Assembly: GCA_050301235.1 (NCBI GenBank)
Contig: JBNKZD010000210.1
Span: forward strand, 1 to 32,000
Direction: 5' to 3'
DNA from: Chitinispirillaceae bacterium
Lineage (GTDB): Bacteria > Fibrobacterota > Chitinivibrionia > Chitinivibrionales > Chitinispirillaceae
Length of the DNA: 32,000 nucleotides
The translations under genes and the position numbers were made by a program. Position 1 is the first letter of the stretch, and the number at the start of each line of letters is the position of its first letter. Below are positions 25,519 to 32,000 of the stretch, one piece after another. Below the pieces are notes generated by a model. It was not told the origin of the DNA, searched no databases, and worked only from the letters and a program-made list of their open reading frames with translations.

Positions 25519-26055
25519 TTAAAGGTAATTTCGTACTTCACTCTGAATATACTCAATAAATTTTGCCTGGTCATGAAGAAGTGTCCACACTTTTTCACAA
25601 TTTTTCCACTGAACTTCTTTACCATCTCTGATATCGGAAAGGATCACTGACTTTGTATAGAGTTTGTAATCCTCCACATAATGTTCATTACCAGGCTCTT
25701 CAACATTCAGAATTTTGAGTTGAATTCTACCCTTGCTTATCTGATTTGCAAAGCCCTGCTCAACAGCCTCTTTTGTTAAACGCTCAATGGTGTTACAGGA
25801 CTGGCAGCGAAACGTTCCATGAAGATAATACACTATTAATAGTCGTGAGTCTTGTTTGCTATTTTGCGCGATTGCCGTATCGTTTTTGACTGTCTTTGCA
25901 GTGTTTCCCGAAACAGTACCGCTACTCACCTCCCCCGTTTTTGCTGCGACATTTCCCTCACTTTTTCCGGTACTTTGACATAAGCAAATACTCCCGACTA
26001 TTACAACGAAAAGTAGTGCTATTAGAAAATATCCGACCCCTGCTCCTGATTTCAT
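25519..26055 (-). CDS. Membrane-anchored thioredoxin-fold protein; the family is, to my recollection, annotated ArsF (nitrophenyl compound nitroreductase subunit)
   Basis: 178 aa. N-terminal TM, then a low-complexity linker, then VYYLHGTFRCQSCNTIE (CxxC-like) and the remainder of a Trx-like fold. It lies 12 nt upstream of the DsbD_2 gene. Confidence 0.6.
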   Translation of the reverse strand: MKSGAGVGYFLIALLFVVIVGSICLCQSTGKSEGNVAAKTGEVSSGTVSGNTAKTVKNDTAIAQNSKQDSRLLIVYYLHGTFRCQSCNTIERLTKEAVEQGFANQISKGRIQLKILNVEEPGNEHYVEDYKLYTKSVILSDIRDGKEVQWKNCEKVWTLLHDQAKFIEYIQSEVRNYL

Positions 26056-26255
26056 TTGACAGCCCCCTGCAGAAGCACTCTGCTCTTATCCACAACTCTG
26101 CTGATCGCATCGTCAGTTCCGGCCAGACAGTATATTTTTCCAACGCTTTCACGACTTAACTGACAAGCTGCGCGGACTGCAATTTCTCCAACATCCGCTG
26201 CGCCACTGCAGGCGAATATATGTTTTTGCGATGCACATTCTTTCTTTTCACTCAT
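26052..26255 (-). CDS. DGC-domain (putative zinc-binding) protein, N-terminal half only (possibly truncated)
   Basis: 67 aa. IFACSGAADVGEIAVRAACQL...GKIYCLAG matches the start of DGC-domain proteins. The ORF ends (LLQGAVK*) where the eponymous DGC motif would be expected, and it overlaps the next start by 4 nt. Confidence 0.5.
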   Translation of the reverse strand: MSEKKECASQKHIFACSGAADVGEIAVRAACQLSRESVGKIYCLAGTDDAISRVVDKSRVLLQGAVK

Positions 26256-26269
26256 AATATCGCTCCTGT

Positions 26270-26503
26270 TTACTGAATCATATTCCTAATTTCGTCAATT
26301 CGTGGCAATCTACCCGTAACCTTTACAACACCATCAACAGCAAGGGCAGGTGTCATCATCACCCCAAATGCCAGTATTTCGTTGATGTCTTCAACTTTTA
26401 CCACTTCCGCTTCTGTCGCAGTATCTTTTACCACCTGCACAACAAGCTCATACAGTTTTTTACATTTTGGACAACCGGTCCCTAAGATTTGTAGTTTTTT
26501 CAT
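26270..26503 (-). CDS. Thioredoxin-family protein (redox-active disulfide protein 2 type)
   Basis: 77 aa. MKKLQILGTGCPKCKKL with a CPKC active site and the C-terminal ...TPALAVDG.V...GR.P pattern. Confidence 0.85.
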   Translation of the reverse strand: MKKLQILGTGCPKCKKLYELVVQVVKDTATEAEVVKVEDINEILAFGVMMTPALAVDGVVKVTGRLPRIDEIRNMIQ

Positions 26504-26622
26504 ATCTATTCCTTTCTTGCTTTAGTTTACACACACATTTTTTAAAGGCTGTTTTGTGTGTCGGATTTTGAGTGTCGAGTGTTAATAAAAAAAATGCGCC
26601 GCACGTCACTCGCCACTCACCC

Positions 26623-27936
26623 TTACACCATCCCGTATATCATCCCCGAAATTGTCGCCATTACCACTACAAGCGCAACAAATGTAACAGTCTTTTTCAA
26701 ACCGAAAATACCATTGAGCACCAACATACTCGGCAGAGATAAAGCAGGTCCTGCAAGCAGCAATGACAATGCAGGTCCTTTACCCATACCACTTCCGATC
26801 AAGCCTTGAAGGATTGGAACTTCTGTCAACGTTGCGAAATACATGAACGCGCCTGCTATGGATGCAAAAAAGTTCGATTTGAATGAATTTCCACCAACCG
26901 CTGCAGACACCCATTCAGAAGGGATAATACCTTCATGGCCGACCCGGCCCAGCAGAAATCCTGCGATAAAAACCCCAAAGAGCAGTAATGGAAGAATCTG
27001 TTTTGCAAATGTCCAGGTTGATGAGAACCAGTCGCCGACTTCTTCTTTATCCATACTCGTAATTACCGAAAGTCCTATAGAACCAGCGGCAAAAGCTGCA
27101 ATTGGCATAAACTCATGAGATATATAATTTGAAGCTATCAGCGCAATCGATGCAGTTGGAATGGCTACGGCAAGAATCTTCCACCATGCCATCTTAAACC
27201 AGCCGATGAGGATCACTCCAAATATCAGTGAAACCAATGTGGTAATGAGCCATTTCAGATTGTAAATAGCATGCCAGACGCCTGTTTCCTGAATAGGTTT
27301 ACCCCAATTCGCAAACACCAGAATTGCAATCATAGTGAAAAAATAAGTCATCGTTTTCCAGAGGGGCCGGGTAACTTCCGGTTCAGTTGCCATCATTTGT
27401 GAAGCAGCTTTAGCCGCTTCTTCTTTGTGAAAAATTAAGTGCATAGCGATTCCGATTATGATACTGAATAAAATTGCACTTACACCACGTGCAATTCCCA
27501 TTTCCAGCCCAAGAACTCTTGCGGTAAGAACAATCGCCAGAACGTTAACAGCCGGACCGGAATAGAGAAACGTTGAAGCAGGACCAATTCCTGCGCCCAT
27601 TTTGTAAATTCCTCCAAAAAGCGGCAACACAGTACAGGAGCATACAGCGAGTATACTTCCCGAAACAGATGCTACTCCATAAGCAAGAAACTTGTTCGCT
27701 TTAGCTCCAAGGTATTTCATTACCGAAACCTGACTTATGAACACTCCGATTGCACCTGCAATAAAGAATGCAGGAATCAAGCAGAGCAGCACATGCTCTC
27801 TGGCATACCACTTTACCAACTGCAACGCTTCGAAAATTGCGTTATCAAATCGTGGCTTTCCTACAGGAAGAAAAAACATCCCCAGAAATATTGCAACAAT
27901 AATTATTAGCGGTTTCGACTCTTTTTTCCAATCCAT
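26623..27936 (-). CDS. Permease of the YraQ/ArsP-like (PF03773-type) family
   Basis: Polytopic membrane protein. I prefer the ATG at 27936 (MDWKKESKP..., AAGGA RBS) over the TTG at 27975. It has the characteristic Cys-containing helix GSILAVCSCTVLPLF. It sits directly downstream of an ArsR-family gene. Confidence 0.8.
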   Translation of the reverse strand: MDWKKESKPLIIIVAIFLGMFFLPVGKPRFDNAIFEALQLVKWYAREHVLLCLIPAFFIAGAIGVFISQVSVMKYLGAKANKFLAYGVASVSGSILAVCSCTVLPLFGGIYKMGAGIGPASTFLYSGPAVNVLAIVLTARVLGLEMGIARGVSAILFSIIIGIAMHLIFHKEEAAKAASQMMATEPEVTRPLWKTMTYFFTMIAILVFANWGKPIQETGVWHAIYNLKWLITTLVSLIFGVILIGWFKMAWWKILAVAIPTASIALIASNYISHEFMPIAAFAAGSIGLSVITSMDKEEVGDWFSSTWTFAKQILPLLLFGVFIAGFLLGRVGHEGIIPSEWVSAAVGGNSFKSNFFASIAGAFMYFATLTEVPILQGLIGSGMGKGPALSLLLAGPALSLPSMLVLNGIFGLKKTVTFVALVVVMATISGMIYGMV

Positions 27937-27990
27937 GACACAATCCTTTATTATGCTATTTGGCCAAACAACCAAGCAACAATTAAAAAA

Positions 27991-28323
27991 CTACTCTACA
28001 AGCGCCAGCTGCGCTTTCGCGCGTTCCTGAAGAGCCTTATCTATACATGACATAAAATTGAGAATACAGGGCATACTGAGACTGTAATATACCATCTGAC
28101 TTTTTTTTTCAATTTCAACAATTCCGGCATTTTTCAGTACTGATAGATGCTTGGATACCGTTGAAGTATCGGCACCGACCATTTCTGTCAACTCACAGAC
28201 ACAATGTCTCTGTTTTGAAAGTGCATCAATGATCAGAAGTCGTGCAGGATGGGCAATCGCTTTAAAAATAGTAGTGCGCGCCTCAAATTTACCCATATTT
28301 ATTTTTTCCAAGTTTAACTCCAT
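27991..28323 (-). CDS. ArsR/SmtB-family metalloregulator (second copy in window)
   Basis: I prefer the start at 28323 (MELNLEK..., AGGGTGGA RBS). Supporting motifs are IAHPARLLIIDAL, HCVCEL and TVSKHLSVLKNAGIV. Confidence 0.85.
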   Translation of the reverse strand: MELNLEKINMGKFEARTTIFKAIAHPARLLIIDALSKQRHCVCELTEMVGADTSTVSKHLSVLKNAGIVEIEKKSQMVYYSLSMPCILNFMSCIDKALQERAKAQLALVE

Positions 28324-28467
28324 TTTTGATCCACCCTTTGTTTGGTAATATAGCCAAATAACCAAGAAAAGTCAAATAAAATCTATCAATCCGGTGTCAG
28401 AACCCATGTTACCTACCTGAGACCTTGAAAGTATTGGTTTTTCGACTTTGCTTCAACCCAGCCTTAT

Positions 28468-28737
28468 GTGGCAATACTAGAAAAAAGAATGTTCGATTTT
28501 ATCGTCTCTGATCTTGACATGCCTGGTATGGATGGATATTCACTTGCGCGATGGGTGCGCGAACGTGAGCAATTTTCCAAAATACCACTTATTGCAGTTT
28601 CGGCTCAGACAGAGCAGAGCACCTGCTTTCGTGCATATGCTGCAGGATTCGATCAATTCGCGTCCAAGCTGAACCGTGAGAAACTTGTAGACACACTCGG
28701 AGCACTTTTTAAACGAACTACGGAAGTAACATCATGA
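28468..28737 (+). pseudogene. Truncated response-regulator receiver domain (C-terminal two-thirds only)
   Basis: The ORF begins at a GTG and encodes FDFIVSDLDMPGMDG (phospho-acceptor Asp region), PLIAVSA and FASKL (conserved Lys). It lacks the N-terminal beta1 acidic pair. A receiver-like peptide ESIGFSTLLQ is readable in another frame at 28427-28456, suggesting frameshift decay. Confidence 0.55.
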
Positions 28738-29192
28738 AACAACTGGTATCATTTTTTCTGGATGATCAGCTTTTTGGCATTGACATTCAACTCGCCAGAG
28801 AAGTAAACCCTGATATCAATATAATTCCGGTTCCACTGGCTCGGAAAGAGATTTGCGGACTGGTAAATATTCGCGGTCAAGTCATTCTGGTAGTTAATTT
28901 GTCAGCACTCCTGGGTATGCCGCCCCGAATACCTACATCAGAATCACACATAATTATTTTAAAGACAACTCAGGAATATATTCGTCAGATACAATTTACG
29001 CAGGTACCTATTATCAATGTCATGATCTATTTTTCTGTCGAGCTACGTAAAGAAATTGCAAAACAATTCAACGAAATACTTCAACCGGAAGGTTTTCTTT
29101 TACTTGGTGCCTCAGAAACTCTCTACAGATTTTCAGAAGGTTTCAGGCCACACCATCACGGAGAAACGATTGTTTATCGTACTCAAAAATAG
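28734..29192 (+). pseudogene. In-frame chimera of a cheW 5' half and a cheR 3' end
   Basis: Residues 1-78 (LVSFFLDDQLFGIDIQLAREVNP...PVPLARKEICGLVNIRGQVILVVNLSALLG) are CheW-like. Residues ~92-152 (IINVMIYFSVELRKEIAKQFNEILQPEGFLLLGASETL...) are the C-terminus of a CheR methyltransferase. Neither domain is complete. Confidence 0.6.
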
Positions 29193-29207
29193 ACTATGAG
29201 AGTTTGT

Positions 29208-31553
29208 TCATCCCCAGAATCCCCTGATCCGCCCCCCTATCACCTTCGCGTTCACCTGATTATACGGAAACCACTCTTCAGGGAACAGAGACCGATAGGT
29301 ATTTGACAAGTAGCGTTCATCAATCAACACAATTATCCCGCGATCATTTTCAGACCGGATCACCCGTCCAGCAGCCTGCATCACTTTATTCATGCCCGGA
29401 TACAGATAAGCATATTCAAACCCACAGCCCTGATTATTCTGGAAATATTCGCGTATGATATCCCGTTCAGTACATATCTGTGGTAAACCAACACCTACAA
29501 TTATAGATCCGATCAGCCGGTCACTTTTCAGATCGATCCCTTCAGAGAACAAACCTCCCAGCACACAAAAACCGACCACCGTCTCCTGGGGATCCTCTTT
29601 AAAATGTTCCAGAAATGCATCACGTTCATGCTCTTTCATTTGAGTTGACTGGCTGATTAATCTAAAAGAAGGGGACTGCTCCTGAATGATTGACACTACG
29701 CTGTTCATGTACTGGTATGATGGAAAAAACACCATGTAATTTCCCATCTTATGCGCGACAATGTTCTGAAGATATCCCGCCAGCGCATTGACACTCTTAT
29801 CTCTGTTCTGGTATCTGGTTGAGAGATCCCCTGCAACAAGTATGGAACGATTTCCTTTAGCAAATGGAGATGTCAGGGCAATTAATTTGTCATTCTCCGA
29901 TCCTCCAAGAATTTTACGATAATACTCCAGCGGAGCAAGTGTTGCCGAAAAAAATATGGTTGATCTGCCACGTTTGAGTGTTTCACTCATAAGAAAAGAG
30001 GGGTCAACACAAAAAAGTTTAGCAGTAATTTCAGTATCCGTTGCAGTCACTACAAAGGTATATCGTGCATCATAGAGCTCAGTGATTTTGAGAAATATCA
30101 GTGCATCGAAGTAAAGCTCCAGCAGTGCATCATTGTCAATACCTTTTGTTCTGATAAGATACTGTTCACACTCAGCGACAAATATCTCAAGTGCATCACA
30201 AAGATTTTCATCAACACTACTACTTACATACTCACCCTTCTCATCGCACAGTTTTCCCAACACTTTAAGCCTTGTATTTACCCTTCCTATATTTCTGTAT
30301 AATTCAGCATTTGCCTTTTTGAAAAGTTTTCTTACTATTGTAAAAGGGGTGCGCTGTACCTGGGCGGAAAACATCTCACGTGACCGTTCCACGAGATTGT
30401 GCGCTTCATCCACAAGAAAAGTAAAATCGGTGGTTCCTTCAGAAAAGAATCTTTTCAAGTACACCTGCGGGTCGAAAACGTAGTTGTAATCACCAATGAT
30501 TACATCACACCACAACGATATATCAAGCGCCAGTTCAAATGGACATACGCGATATTTTTCTGCATACGGCTCAATAGCAGCTCTTCTGAAATCATCACTG
30601 TTCTGAAGAATATCCCATAGGCACTCATTAATACGATCATAATGTCCTTTAGCATACTCACAGGTTGCTGGCCGGCATGAGGCTTTATCCTTAAAACAGA
30701 TCTTTTCTTTTGCAGTCAATGTAACCGACTTAAGAGCTGTATTATGCGATCTGATAAGTGACAGGGTGTCTTCCGCAACGGTCCGGGTAATTGTCTTTGC
30801 AGTGAGATAGAATATCTTTGAAGTCAACCCTTCACCCATAGCTTTGAGCGCGGGGAATAGTGTCGATACCGTCTTCCCAATACCAGTCGGTGCTTTTGCA
30901 AACAGGTTGTTCCTGTTCTTAATTGATCGATATGCCGCCGCAGCAAGCTCCCGCTGTCCCGGACGATAAGCACCAAATGGGAATTTAAGGTTTTTTAAGG
31001 ATTCATTACGCTTGACCGTCCACTCGTATGAAAATTTTGCCCAGGGCTCATACTTTTCAATCAATTCATCAAAGAAGAGCTTTAATTGATCAAATGTATA
31101 CATTCTCGCAAACTGTCTGATCTCTCCGGATTCAACCTCGCAGTAGATCAACCGGACCTGCACATCAGTCAGTTTTTCCCTGACACAAAACATATATGCA
31201 TAGCATTGCGCCTGTGCCCAGTGAAGCGGGTAGTCATTTTCATGTAACTTTTTGACTGATTCTGTAATTGACTTTATCTCATCAATACAATACAGTCCTT
31301 CACACTCCGCAACGCCATCAATTCTGCCATCAACAACAAACGTGAACTGCTCCCGCTCGATCGACAGTTTGACAAACACTTCAGCATCATAATTTGCCTT
31401 CTTCTGCTGTTTCTGTATCTTCCGATGAATCCGCGAACCCTCAGCAGCCCTGTTACGCCCGGAAAAACCGGAATCGATATCACCACAGCGAAGGATAAAT
31501 TCAACCAGATGCCGGACAGAGATTTTTATAATGGGTTTACCAGGGGACATCAA
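29208..31553 (-). CDS. XPD/DinG (Rad3)-family Fe-S helicase fused to an N-terminal PD-(D/E)XK (RecB/Cas4-like) nuclease domain
   Basis: 781 aa. Nuclease motifs GRIDG ... IDEIKS ... QAQCYAY. Walker A APTGIGKT and DEAH box VDEAHNL. Four Cys between motifs I and II (CFKDKASCRPATCEY...VCPFE) indicate the XPD-type 4Fe-4S insertion. C-terminal motifs GLFSEGID and QAAGRVIR. Confidence 0.85.
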   Translation of the reverse strand: MMSPGKPIIKISVRHLVEFILRCGDIDSGFSGRNRAAEGSRIHRKIQKQQKKANYDAEVFVKLSIEREQFTFVVDGRIDGVAECEGLYCIDEIKSITESVKKLHENDYPLHWAQAQCYAYMFCVREKLTDVQVRLIYCEVESGEIRQFARMYTFDQLKLFFDELIEKYEPWAKFSYEWTVKRNESLKNLKFPFGAYRPGQRELAAAAYRSIKNRNNLFAKAPTGIGKTVSTLFPALKAMGEGLTSKIFYLTAKTITRTVAEDTLSLIRSHNTALKSVTLTAKEKICFKDKASCRPATCEYAKGHYDRINECLWDILQNSDDFRRAAIEPYAEKYRVCPFELALDISLWCDVIIGDYNYVFDPQVYLKRFFSEGTTDFTFLVDEAHNLVERSREMFSAQVQRTPFTIVRKLFKKANAELYRNIGRVNTRLKVLGKLCDEKGEYVSSSVDENLCDALEIFVAECEQYLIRTKGIDNDALLELYFDALIFLKITELYDARYTFVVTATDTEITAKLFCVDPSFLMSETLKRGRSTIFFSATLAPLEYYRKILGGSENDKLIALTSPFAKGNRSILVAGDLSTRYQNRDKSVNALAGYLQNIVAHKMGNYMVFFPSYQYMNSVVSIIQEQSPSFRLISQSTQMKEHERDAFLEHFKEDPQETVVGFCVLGGLFSEGIDLKSDRLIGSIIVGVGLPQICTERDIIREYFQNNQGCGFEYAYLYPGMNKVMQAAGRVIRSENDRGIIVLIDERYLSNTYRSLFPEEWFPYNQVNAKVIGGRIRGFWG

Positions 31554-31620
31554 ATATACCTGAAAACAATTGAGTACTTGTTGAAGTTTAAAATAGTTTA
31601 TTCACATGGTACTCAGTGTA

Positions 31621-32000
31621 ATGAAAGAATGTCTTTGCAATTACTGTTTTTTCTAAACCCCTTAAAGTTCAACCTCTGCGTTTCTGGCTCAGCGTCCTCT
31701 GCGTCCTCTGCGTTAAATTTCCCATCCCCGGTGTCATTCCGACAAATCATTTATAATTTAAGATAAGAGTTTAAAACGCAGAGGGCGCTGAGATTAGAAA
31801 TAAAGAACTAAAAGAGGTAAAATGAAAGAATGTCTTTGCTATTACTGTTTTTTCTCAACCCTTAAAGTTCTACCTCTGCGATCTTATCTCTGCGTCCTCC
31901 GCGTACTCTGCGTTAAATTTCCCATCCTGGCTGCCATGCCGGCGAATCTTTTATAATTTAAGATAAAAGTTTAAAACGCAGAGGGCGCTGAGAGCGCAGA
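31621..32000. repeat. Tandem repeat, ~201-bp unit, at least 1.9 copies, truncated by the window edge
   Basis: Unit A (31621-31821) and unit B (31822-32000+) align end to end with scattered substitutions and indels. Each unit holds several direct CCTCTGCG heptamers and an inverted partner (aaacgcagagggcgctgag). This gives a long imperfect hairpin (31688-31714 with 31774-31792) plus an inner ttaaatt/aatttaa pair. Confidence 0.85.

Noticed and set aside
26040-26060. TGA read-through or selenocysteine in the short DGC ORF
   Set aside because: Translation past the TGA gives only 12 more codons before another stop. No SECIS-like hairpin is evident, and the downstream gene has its own plausible N-terminal TM start.
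31621-31956. Tandem small Cys-rich peptides (MKECLCNYCFF...) encoded at the start of each repeat unit
   Set aside because: Unit A stops after 11 codons, whereas a 1-nt indel lets unit B run 44 codons. Conservation is therefore at the nucleotide level, not the reading-frame level. Unit A also lacks an RBS.
31621-32000. Possible CRISPR array at the right edge
   Set aside because: The repeat period is ~201 bp and homology extends across the whole unit. This does not fit short conserved repeats separated by unique spacers, and no cas genes are present.

Overview
32-kb window from a moderately AT-rich bacterial chromosome. The lineage is probably FCB-superphylum-like: two secreted proteins end in T9SS-type C-terminal sorting domains, yet genes carry clear Shine-Dalgarno sites. 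This placement is low confidence. I saw no rRNA, tRNA or CRISPR array. Left to right: (1) the 3' end of a beta-helix protein. (2) A minus-strand exbB-exbD-exbD-tonB operon running into a TonB-dependent receptor and a lipoprotein. The receptor carries its own TonB-C-terminal-like domain. The tonB-receptor junction is interrupted by an IS200-like/REP-associated tyrosine transposase (RAYT) embedded in TCCC-N3-4-GGGA hairpins and a ~100-bp direct repeat. (3) An MltD-like lytic transglycosylase, a T9SS cargo protein and two glycosyltransferases. (4) An arsR-arsC-acr3-(small Cys/Met-rich membrane ORF)-arsM operon, with a double-hairpin MITE-like repeat between arsC and acr3 and a second copy 3.4 kb away. 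(5) A convergent methyltransferase followed by a zone of gene fragments (radical-SAM SPASM tail, Ig-like repeat fragment). (6) Secreted proteins of unknown function, a DUF360-type membrane protein and an MBL-fold protein with a di-iron-like motif. (7) A second ArsR-controlled minus-strand cluster: permease, mini-thioredoxin, truncated DGC, ArsF-like and ArsG-like genes. (8) Decayed chemotaxis genes: a truncated receiver and an in-frame cheW'-'cheR chimera. (9) A PD-(D/E)XK-XPD/DinG fusion helicase. (10) A structured ~201-bp tandem repeat running off the right edge. Overall this is an accessory-rich, rearranged region. No single obviously novel multi-gene system is proven from sequence alone. 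The best candidates for follow-up are the TonB_C-bearing receptor locus, the RAYT/hairpin module, the small Cys/Met-rich ars ORF and the helicase with its upstream tandem repeat.
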